From Selaginella moellendorffii (lineage: Eukaryota; Plantae; Lycopodiophyta), in NCBI RefSeq assembly GCF_000143415.4, contig NW_003314294.1:1552014-1616013 (forward strand): a stretch of DNA of 64,000 nt, read 5' to 3'. The position numbers were made by a program, and so were the translations under genes. Numbering within the stretch: the stretch's first letter is position 1; every line of letters begins with the position of its first letter. Under the pieces are notes generated by a model. That model saw nothing but the letters and a program-made list of their open reading frames with translations, did no database searches and had not been told where the DNA came from. Below are positions 12,001-22,926 of this stretch, piece after piece.

Positions 12001-12661
12001 TAGAATTTCTTTATTTAGCTGAACATCTGCCATTTTTGGAAATACAAGATGCTTTGGAATATCCAATCATGCATGGTATAAATATAGCGAGGGTATTAAA
12101 TGATATCCCAATCATGATCTTTCTTTTGGATTTCGCGTGCATGCAGTCCGAGGAATGATGACGTTGCGGATTTCTTTTGGATTTTGCGTGCTTGCATGCG
12201 CACGGCAATCCAGAAATTAATGGTGGCGCCCAAGTCCGAGGAATGATGACGTGGCGGGATTACCAACCGTTGTGACATTTCGCGCGTGTGAGGTTAGGTT
12301 TTGCATTTTGCTTCGTACTCGCGCTCCCGCTCGCATCGCGCTCCCACTCGCGATCACGCTCACTTCTCTACAGGTTTCTCGTGTGCATCGGCGTCCACTC
12401 GCGCTTGCATCACACTCGCGCTTGCATCGCGCTCGTGTGCATCGGCGTCCACTTCAAGACACACCCAGTTTGTAACTTCGTCGCCAACTCCGCCGCCCAC
12501 TCCGCCACCCACACGCAGCCCACTTGGCGTCCCGGGAGATTTCAGCGCCACTCTCCAACTGTAAGTGGCAGAGTAGCCTTGCTGCTACGATCCGCTGCAC
12601 ACACAGTGCACATTCGCCAGCGAGTCCGGCCTCGATTGTCACGGCCTCCATTCGGCTTCAA

Positions 12662-15600
12662 ATGGTAAGTCTTTTAGGCCAAGTAGAAAATGGCATGAGG
12701 CCACATGCCATTCAGTAGCAACATTGGCATGCACCGATTGGGCTCTCGAGTGCAGTCCGGTTACAGATGGCGTGTAGCCTCACGCCATCTTAGGATGCAG
12801 CCTTAAGACATCTGATGCAGTGGTGAATGGCGTGTGGCCTCACGTTATTTCCAGCTGCTAGCTTTTCATCTGTCAGCTCTAATTGTTGTGCATTTCTGAA
12901 CAGGCGAGGAATTGCATTCTTCTTCCAGCCACTGTCAATGTGGATGCAGAGAAGGGGGAGGAACTCACCAGTTGGACTTTCGGGATGGAAGGCGAGGATC
13001 TGATGCTGTACAACATAGATGGTGGGAGAAAAGAATGCATGGGGATCCTCATCCAAGTGACAGACACTCCATGCAGTTCCATGCAAGAATATGGACTGGC
13101 ACTTGTGGTAGAGACAGCATCCGCCTTCAAGATCCACCTTGCACATCCTAGCGGCTTCCCGGAGGGGGGCAGCGGCTATGAGGAATTCCTAGAGGGAGCT
13201 AGGGAGAGGTTGTCCAGGAGGCCCACAATTTCAAAGACGCTGCGGGTCTATGAAGATCACATAGAATCCACGGACCTCACCTACGGCGATGTTCAAAAAC
13301 TATATTCCAACATTGAGCCGTTGAGAGTGCCTCCAGTTTGCGAAGCGAAGGGGAAGGGGGTCGATCTGGAAACTACCCCGAAGCTGAAAAGGGTGGTCAA
13401 GCTCAAGCCGACGTCCGACTCTGCTGCTCCAAAAAAGAAGCTACTCGGTGATGCCATTGCCTCGGGTTCGAACACTACACCCACCAAAAAGAAGAGCCGC
13501 AAAGAGCAGAAAGAGCAAGAAGAGGCAGCAAAAATCGTCGCAGATAATAGTACTTGTTACTATTCCAACAAAGTATATACAATCGACGTGAGCCGTATCG
13601 ACATCCAAAGCAAATACAACCACAGGCTAGTATCTAATGAGTGGGTGGAGAAACTGAAGCAGAAGATGCTGGCAAGTCCAGTAACACCCGACATCGCAGA
13701 CGTGATCCCCTACTACCGAACAATGAAGGGCGAGATGAGGTTTCCAGACTTGATCAATAGGAAGGTGTTGGACGATCAGAACATCCGGTTCTATGCCGTC
13801 TCCGGGCAGCATTCTAGCTTGGCGATGCAAGAGATAGTTCTGGATATTATGGTGGGTGAGGAGGTGAAGAAAGTCTTCAAGACAAGAGTTGTCCGCCTGA
13901 TAAAAGGCAACTCGCCCCTCCGATCTATCATATCCATCTCCCACGCGCAGAATGTCAAGCAAGAAACATGCTACAAATCGGTTCTGCACGAGACATTGGC
14001 ACGAACACGGAAGCTTTGGGTTCAACTGAAGAAGCCACAAAAACCAGGACAAGGACGTGCACTAGCAACTAGCGCCTGGCAGGTAAGCCTCGTTGCATGT
14101 GGCATAGCATGTGGCCTCACGCCATTTCCATTGCAGGAATTCTCGAGTCTTCTCTCGAAAACACTGGGGGTCAATGACACACTCAGCATCCATAACATTC
14201 TACTCGCGACAAAAGTTGTTTTTGACAAATGGGTAGATGTGCTGAGGAGGTACCATGACGGGGAGTTGCTAAACTCAATGGGTGTGGAGGACGGCCGGAA
14301 GCCCAATGATTTGAAGCTCAATGCCTTGCGTTTCTCGCGGTCTCTAGACGACGATGACCTTCTGACAGTGGCTAATGCTCTTCTACGTGGTGAGGTAGTC
14401 TTCAACAAGACCAAAATGACTCCCGGCCATATTGTGACATACGAGGACTTGTGCACGACTCTGAGAGCTCGTGCGCTATTGAAGGATTGGATCTTCGAGC
14501 AAGTGGCCGTGGAGAGGGTGAGCATCGACACCACGCAAGAGATGATGGAAGAGCTGGACTTGTCAAATGAAGACATCGACGAGTACGTGAAGGGGGCCCC
14601 CAAGTTCATCGATCTGCTGCGGGATGCCACGAAAAGTAAAGCTGAGAAGTTGGATCAATATCCAAATTTCATTAAGAGGGATGTCGACCGCCGGCTTCAG
14701 AAACAGCTCGACCCCGCAGCAGAGGCCTATCGAGAACCTTACCGGGTATACGTGAATTCGGATGAGGATCAAAGGTGGAGGAGCATCGTTTCCCGCGGAG
14801 ATGAGCAGGTCAAGAGCATCTTTTGTGTGATGGACTTCACAAACGAAGAGATCACTCATGCAGACGAAGTCAGCTCCATCATTGACTTAATGGTGGGACT
14901 TGCGGAGGTGGAATCTTCAGTCCACTATATGATCTATGACTCCGAATCCTATCATAAGTTCTGGAAGGCCTTGAACGAGGTGAAGGCTCGGTTGAAAGGC
15001 AAGGAGATGCGGGAGATCCATGGGATAATGGCTAAGAAGAAGATACCGACGAATGTCCGCATCTTCACACTCGCCCTTGTTATTGGTCCTGCAGCAGAGT
15101 GGGACTGGAGTGACTTCCCAGCTTCGTTCGACAAGGCCGATCGAATTGATCTGAGGGAGGTCAATTTACCCGTGCCTGAGGAACTGAAAATGGCTATGGA
15201 GCTTTCGAATCCAAAGAAAGCTCCAGGTGCAGCATGGGAAATGCTCAGCTGGGTCTTCAACGCAATAGCGGGTGACACCAAGGGCAAATGTGTTGTCGAG
15301 TACAACTGGGGCGGACTATTCTTTCGAGCCGCACTACTCAAGGGTGTCCCGTGTGTTGCGGTGACAAACTCCATTGAAGAGGTGACTTCAATGGAGCATA
15401 TAATTACAGTTGCCAAAGAAAAACAGTATCTTCTCTGCGAACCTGGTGCGTACACACTTTAAGTTTAAATGTTATCTCACAAGCTTTGTATGCAGGAGCG
15501 TGGCCACCCCCAAATGCTGAAACGGCGTTAACAGCTACTGATGTTAGGCCGAGCTCACAACCTGCACAAGGTAAGGTCACGTGAGGCCTCACGCCATTTT

Positions 15601-18237
15601 GATTATAGATCGTTGTGAATATTCAGACACGAGGACTGAAAAGCGCACTGGTGGCGCGTCGAAGAAGGACAAACAGACAAGCAATAAGAAAAAAGGAGGT
15701 ACAAATTATATTTGCAATGGCGTGTGGTCTCATGCCATTCCTTGCAGGAGACACTTCTTCAAAGGCAAAACAGGCAAGCACCAGCCAAGCTCAAACTGAC
15801 AGTGGTCATAAAAAGCGAAAGCACGTTGGACAGTCGTCGGGATCAGAGGCGTTTGATTTGAAAAGGAAGAAGGGCAACGAAAAGATGATAGGTAATGCCT
15901 CGCGGTTATGGCGTGTGTGCTCATGCCATTCATTGCAGATCAAGGGCTGAGTGAAAGGAGCCAGTCACCACCTCCTGACTCAGATTCCTATGGCGGACTC
16001 CCCTTCCCCAATCTCAATGGAGAGGTACAATGGATGAGGGATGCTTTTCAAGTCAGGGCCACGTTTTTCTCATCTCGTCGTCTTCGAAGGGTGCAAGAAC
16101 ATGCAGAAACCATGTTAAGACAGTCGGGTGAGGATACGGTCCTAGGTCAAGCACTGAAACAGGCTATGGATGTCTTGTATTTTGAGATGGAGACTCGGCC
16201 AGATGATTTTCCCAAGATGGTCCTGGAAAAACAAGCCATCCAGCCTGAGCAGCCTATGGAAGAAATGCAAGAGGGGGATGAGGAGCCAGAGAAAGATAAT
16301 GAGCAAGAAGAGCAGGACGAAGAGGAGGACAAAGAAGAGGAGGACGAAGAAGAGGAGGACGAAGAGGACTTGGATGGTCCTCACAATGGTGACGATCACA
16401 ATAACGATGATGACGATGATGACGACGATGGCCAGCCTGAGGTGGCCAAAGAGCAGCGGAGGAAGGTCATACAAGACAAACCATCAGGTAAATAATAGTA
16501 CATCCATTCCTAACCTTTTACCATTTCTAACATTGTCCATATAGGTCGCAGAAGAAATGGTAAGTAGAGATTATTCAGTTGAATTAAGATACAAACTCTA
16601 GCCTTTAGTGTCGAGGAAGGATAGTGCCAAGCAAGGGTCGAAACGTATGTCCAATCCTTCAGAATCAGCAGTGCGCTCAATAGCAGTTGATGGTAAATAC
16701 AGTATAGTCGATTCAATGTGCTAATGAGTTTGTTTTTAGTAGCCAGTAGGGAGGATACCATCTCAATCGAAGGGAGATATTTGGACATGCATATGGATCC
16801 GCCAGTGGACTCTACTTGCCTGCAAGAGTCATCAGAGCTGGTGGAGGCTACTATCCATATCAACGCCAAGCAAGCTGACCACGCTCCACTTGATGCTGCC
16901 CATACCACTGAGTCAATCTTGTCCACGTATCCAATTGACGGTGACCAGGCGCCATTGGACCCGCATAAGGCCGCCCCAGCCGCCGAGCCGGTCGTATCCT
17001 CATTTCCAACGGACTCAACGTGTGCCCAATCGTCTGACTACGCGCCGTTGGAACCTCCCTACACCGCCCCTGCTGCCTGTTCGGTCATGTCCACTTTGCC
17101 AACGGAGGCACCAGCTGAAATGGCGTGTGATCACACGCCATCGGAACCACCCCATGCCACTGTTGAGCCAGTTGTACCAGAGTCTACAGCTGAAATGGCA
17201 TGTGCCCACACGCCATCGGATGCGATTGACCCCACATTGCAGAGGAGAGTATTTCCGCCCTTCACGTTTCCTCGACCAAAACCCTTTGAACGACCATCGG
17301 GAGCACCATTCGCTAATATTGTAGATGGTAAAATTGACTTGTACCATGTTTTATGCTGACGCATTTCATTTCAGAGTCACGGCAAAAGTACTGTATCGTT
17401 TTTGATCTGAACGGTGTCCTTTTCTCCCATGAGCGTGGCTCGTCCTCGAATGTCATTGCACCCTCCAAAGCCTGTGGTCGCAAGTTGGTCAAAAGAGACA
17501 GATTCACATTAATCACACGGGAGAAACTACGGGATCTAATAATGACCATGCGACACTTAAAACAGAGGGCCGGGTTCAATTTGCAATTGGGAGTTTGGAC
17601 ATCCATGATGCGCCACAATGCATTAACATTGCTACAGATGATGCACGATCAGACGCGAGTAATATTACCATTTGACTTTCTCCTAACGCAGGAGGATTGC
17701 TTGACTATGGTCCATGTGAGGGGTAGCAAACCCATCTTCATCAAGCCAGAGGCTATAGTGATGAACCAGACTGCTAGGTCAAGTGAAATCCTCATCATCG
17801 ATGACTCGCCGATTAAAACTGCAGCGAACACGCACACATATGCAGTGCACCCCATCTCTTGCAGTATGGAAACTAGGGAGAAGAAACCGTATGTTCTGGG
17901 GGACCTTGCAAAACGGCTTGAAGCGATGGTGATAGAGAACCGGCCAGTCCAGGAGGTGGCTGCAGAAATCAACCAAATGGCAGATGGAACGGTATATCAG
18001 AAGCCATTTGATCGGACAGACACCAGTCATCATTTATGGCATGTATATTGTCTAGCCAAGCACTATCCGCATCTCCATAATCTGCTCAACCGGATGGGTT
18101 CTTCGACCACTGAACATGAGCGTGGACGTATTAGAGAAGAGATGGCATTACTATTGGGTTTAAATCCTGATAGTGTGGAGAGTGATGAAATTCCAAGATT
18201 ATTGTATAGGCGTTGGAGGCAAAAAATAACAGTCTGA
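12662..18237 (+). CDS. 11-exon accessory gene (~1626 aa): ParB/Srx-like + degenerate DNA-MTase-like + basic/acidic/Pro-rich linker + HAD(FCP1/NIF)-like domain
   Basis: GT-AG introns 12665-12903, 14083-14136, 15446-15495, 15571-15626, 15699-15747, 15892-15938, 16488-16544, 16560-16608, 16693-16739, 17328-17374 join five separate listed ORFs and short linking exons into one stop-free frame (4881 nt). Motifs: FYAVSGQHSSLA..SHAQN; IVFDLNGVLF, LGVWTS, ILIIDDSP. Confidence 0.75.
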
Positions 18238-18655
18238 GATGGCATGTATTTATTTAAAAATGTAACTTATTATGGCATGGGGTTCCATGCCATTGTATTA
18301 ATATTAAAAGACAATTCTTTGAGAGGATTTGCATTATACTAGAAGTGTTACAGCATGTTATTGGAAGTCTACGAAGTTGTTTTATTAATAAGGGGAAAGT
18401 AAAGATTGAATGGGGACTTGGGCTCCACCTAGACTCGGAGCAACTAAGCCAATATTAAAAGGATGGAAAGAAATTGGACGACGATGACAAGGAGAAGAGA
18501 GAGGTGAAGCAGTGGCAGGGGGAGGAGAAGTGATTGAGTAGACATTTCCTTGTTTAAAATAAAATGGCATGTGCCTCAATGCAGTTGAATTTTGTTATAT
18601 TTATATACTATATAAAGGTTTGGAAACCTTATTTTACAAGTGGGATAATGACAAT

Positions 18656-18679
18656 TCCCACTTTAACGAAATAAAGCTT
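18656..18679 (-). repeat. Right terminal inverted repeat
   Basis: TCCCACTTTAACGAAATAAAGCTT, the reverse complement of the left TIR with one mismatch. Confidence 0.9.
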
Positions 18680-18683
18680 ATCT

Positions 18684-21600
18684 TCAAGTTTCGAGGACGA
18701 TAAAGTTTTACAACCGCCCCCGGTTGCACGAGTTTCAAAGTTTAAGCCCCCGAAACCACCCAATTTCAGAGGCATGCGGGACTATTAGGTTTTGGAAGAC
18801 TGGGTCTACGATATGGAAAACTATTTCATAGCGGTAAATGTAGATGATCGTATAAAAGTTGCATGCGTGCAATCCTTTCTCACCGATCATGCCAAAACTT
18901 GGTGGCTCCAAGTGTGTGCTGAAAAAGGGCAGACTCGAAGCTGGACCAAGATGTGGTCTCGTATCCGTAAGGAATACTTGCCAGATGATCTTGGTCTGAG
19001 ACTTCGCGCAAAGCTGCGGCGGTTAAAGTAGCGAGGGGACCTCATGCATTACATTAATGCGTTTGCTCAAAAGCGCATTATGATTGCAAATATAAGTGAT
19101 GAAGATGCTCGAAGTTATTTCTTGGAAGGTTTAAGTTCACTTTCTTAGAATGAGATTTTGAAGTTTAAGCCGAAGATGTATTTGGAGTGTAAGGAGGCAG
19201 TGCAGCAAGTTGCCTTTAGTCACTCGCTCATGGAACAATATCAGCAATCGTATGCTTGTAACTCGAATAAGAAAAGGAATTCTGGGAATAAACAAGGTGA
19301 TCGGAAACAAAGGGTGGAAGGCAGGTTCTGCTTGGAGGCTCACAAGCAATGGTTAACAAACTTGGTGGTGGTTGGAGACCACCAGTAACTTCTTCTGGCC
19401 CTAGGCCCTCTGTTCCTCCTCCTGGTGGGTACAAGCAGTAGCAACTTGCAAAACCTACTCCTAGCGGAACAAGTAGTGTGGGTCATTGCTTCCATTGTGG
19501 AGAGTCAGGACATAGGTCCTTGGAATGTCCCAACAAGCATAAGACAAGGTCTCGGGTTAATGTCATGAGGGAAGACGGTGGTGGTGAAGCTAAAAGGGTT
19601 TACGAGTTGGTCAATGCAAACTATGAGGAAGAGGAGGTAAATTACTTTCGTTGCTTTCCTCAAGCTTTTCTCGCAATCAATGCAAACACTGATCCGTTGA
19701 TATATCTGGTAGGCTTTGTCCGTGGACACTGAATCCGAGTGATGATTGACACAGGAGCTACGCACAACGTGGTATCCGAAGACTTAGTTAAGTTGTTAGG
19801 ATTGAATACTGAGCAAATGTCACCTATGCACTTCTGGTTTGCGGAAGGTGGGCAAGTAACCAGAAAGTTTGTGAGTGATGTTCCAATAAAAATATCCAAG
19901 TGGAAAGAAAGAGTGGACTTGGTAGTGTTGAAGATACCAGATTTTTAAATGGTGTTTGGTATAGACTACTTCAACAAATATATAAAAGGGATTTATGGTG
20001 CTGGACAAAGTCGTATCACATTAAAGTCAGAAGGACATCCCGATGTGTCTTTTCAGTTGCAAAAGCGTTCCTCAAAGGATTGGGATGCTAAGTTTTTGAC
20101 TACAAGGGCCGCTCAAAAAGCAGCTAAGAAGGGATGTTAGACCTTTTGGGTTCAAGTGATGGAAGTTAAGGGTATTGGTGACTCAGTGATGGGGTTGATC
20201 TTATACCAAAGATATTAGAGTTGTTGGCGCGGAATTAGGATATCTTCCCGAAGAATTTGCCACTAGGGCTACCTCTTAGCCGTGAGGTTGATCATCAGAT
20301 TGAGGTTATTCCGGGTTCTAAACCACCTACGAAAGCTCTATATCGGTTGAACATTAAGGAGATGGCTGAACTCAAGAAGCAACTCACGAAGCTTCTAACC
20401 AAGCAAGTCACTTTATGGAGTGCCAGTCCTTTTTGTTATGAAAAAGGATGGAACCATGAGGATGTGTATCGACTATTGGGCACTTAACAAGATCACAGTC
20501 AAAAACAATTATCCTTTGGTTCACATTGATGACTTGTTTAACCAACTCTTAAAGGCTAAGTATTTTACGTGACTTGATTTGCAGTTTGGGTATCATCAGA
20601 TATGGGTAGCAGATCAGGATGTGGAGAAAACAACCTTTAAGACTCAGTATGGATCTTATGAGTTCCTTGTTATGCCATTTAGGTTATGCAATGCTCCGGC
20701 AATGTTCAGCACTATGATGGATAGAATATTCGGAGATTATTTGGACACATTTGTTGTCCTATATATCGACGATGTTCTAGTCTTCAGCGAAATGTTGGAG
20801 GATCATTTGAAACACTTGGAGCTAGTGTTTCAGAAGTTGTGTGAACACAAACTATATGCTAAGAGAAGTAAATGCACTTTTGGACAATTGCGGGTAAACT
20901 TTCTCAAACATATAGTTGGTGGTTGCGTAATTGAGGTCAATCCAAAGAAGGTGGAAGTAGTGAAGTCTTGGGAAGTCCCGACCACTGTATCAAATGTTCG
21001 TTCCTTTCTCGGTTTGGCGGGATACTATTGCAAGTTTGTCCACAATTTTGCAAGAATTGCTCTTCCGTTAACTGAGATAATGAAGAGTAGTATTCCGTTT
21101 CATTGGACACCAGCTTGTCAACATGCTTTTGTACGGTTGAAGGAGATCTTGACTACAGTTCCTGTTCTCAGAATCCCAGATCTTGATAAACCCCTCAAAG
21201 TGCATTGTGATGCATCTGACTATCCTATTGGTGCCGTGTTGCAGCAAGATTGTGACAAAGCAGTTGGTGTTACGCTAAGGCGACATGGTTGTCCCGTTGT
21301 GTTCTATTCCAAAAAATTGGATGAAACTCAACGAAGATGGCCAACGCATGAGAAAGAGATGTTTGCTATAGTGTCGGCCCTGGAACACTAGAGACACTAC
21401 TTGGATGGACATACCAAGGTTTATATAAATAGTAACACACTAAGCTACTTTGCTACGCAGCCTAAACTTATGCCGAAGCAGTCTCGTTGGCAAGAGAAGC
21501 TTGCCAGATATGATATTGAAATCATATATAAACTTGGTAAAAACAATATTGTCCCAGATGCATTGAGTCATCAGGCTCAATTTCGGGCAATATTGGTAAT

Positions 21601-22926
21601 CAGTTTGGACTAGTTAGAGGATGTTCCGGCTTTGTATGGAAGTGATCCGTTAGCGAAGGCAATCTTACACTGTGCGGAGTTGTCGAAGTAGAACCCTAGT
21701 AGCGAAGCAGTGAAAGTTGCTAGTCGAACCAATGTGAAGCTTCACTACTTGGTTTGGGATGGGCTTATATTCTATAAGCAAGAACGATTGTATCTTCCCT
21801 CTAAGGATCTGCAACATATGTTTCTGCGGAAACATCATGATGTTCCAGCAGCGGGACATGGTGGACAACGAAAGACTCTAGCTTCATTGAAAAGGGATTT
21901 TTTCTGGTTTGGTATGGAAGGTGATGTAGCGGATTATGTCCGTTCCTACCCTATATGCCAGCAATGTAAGCGCAGAACTGAGAAGCAGGTTGGAAAGTTG
22001 CAGTGCATTCCAGCACCGGTATGGCCATTTCAGAGTGTGACACTTGATTTCGTCACTTGTTTGCCGATGTCGAAGGGTTATGATACTTTGATGGTGGTTG
22101 TGGATCAGTTGTCAAAGATTGCACACTTCATTCCAACTGTGGGAATAGTAAATGCGAAACAAGCAGCAAAGCTCTTTTTCTATGAAGTAGTGTGGGTTCG
22201 TGGTCTTCCTGAAGAGATGATCTCAGATAGAGATTCAAGGTTTATGAGGAAGTTTTGGGGCATACTGTTCCAGCTGTTTGGTACCAAGTTGAAGTTTAGT
22301 ATAGCTTATTATCCTCAAACTGATGGGCAGACCGAACGCATGAATGCTCAAGTTGAGGATTATCTGCGGTACTATGTCACGGCGGACCAATGTGACTGGG
22401 TTGAGCATTTAGACACAGCAGAAATTTGTTATAACAACACATTTCACAATGCTATAGGCTGTTCTTCATGGGAGATATTGCAAGGGAATGCTCGTGGGTT
22501 TCCTCAACAAATTGTTGTACCAAAACAAATGTCAAAAGTGTTGGTCCTGGTTGTTGAGACTTATGTGGAGCAGCTACGCCAAGGTTGGTCTAGGGATACT
22601 GAGGCGATGGGCAAAACTCAGGATAGGTATCGACATGATAAGGTCCCATGTCCATGATGTGTTTCATGTCAGTTTACTGGCACCATATCATGTTGATGCA
22701 GATCGCTCTATGGACATTCGTCCCTCTCCAGAAGTTGTCAATGGTGACATGGAGTATGAGGTCGACGTGATTCTCTTGTCTCGCAAAGCTCGTGGTGGTC
22801 GTTCCAAGGAATATCTAGTTAAGTGGAAAGGTTAACCAACTTGTGAATCAACTTGGGAACCTCTTAGGAATCTTACACATGCTCGTGAGCTTGTCACAGA
22901 GTATGAGAATAGTAATAAAGACTAAC
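18684..22926 (+). pseudogene. Gypsy gag-pol remainder (gag, zinc knuckle, protease, RT, RNase H, integrase, chromodomain)
   Basis: CFHCGESGHRSLEC; IDTGATHN; LVMPF.LCNAP, YIDDVLVFS; CDASDY; GHGG..KT, PQTDGQTERMN; EYEVDVIL...YLVKWKG; many premature stops and frameshifts. Confidence 0.92.

Larger units (their letters stand above)
5816..18585. repeat. Dispersed 22-bp palindrome family ATGGCRTG-N6-CAYGCCAT (~25 copies)
   Basis: Starts at 5816, 6135, 6224, 6631, 8047, 8104, 9964, 10062, ~10644, 10719, 11583, 11662, 11820, 11948, 12690, 12767, 12827, 14104, 15576, 15717, 15908, 17120, 17195, 18272, 18564; copies at 10062 and 17120 are perfect palindromes, several others are degenerate. Confidence 0.92.
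5590..18679. mobile_element. Complete 13.09-kb Sola-like (DDD) TIR DNA transposon with a large accessory gene
   Basis: 24-bp TIRs (23/24 identical); 4-bp TSD ATCT at 5586-5589 and 18680-18683; removing the element restores the gag frame (..KSKQPNSS|SSFEDDKVLQPPP..KPPKPPNF); encodes a transposase. Confidence 0.9.

Noticed and set aside
12125-12290. E2F-like TTTCGCGC and duplicated GAATGATGACGT sites as a cell-cycle promoter
   Set aside because: Short motifs in CG-rich sequence; suggestive but not supportable without TSS data.
5816-18585. Palindromes as a CRISPR-like array
   Set aside because: Spacing is irregular (57 bp to >1.8 kb), copies lie in exons and introns, there are no cas genes, and the context is eukaryotic.
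6135-18585. GAGG(G)CACATGCCATT.TATTT at ~6142 and its inverse at ~18557-18577 as the element's TIRs
   Set aside because: They have no TSD and are just palindrome copies. The true ends at 5590/18679 have a TSD and restore the gag frame.
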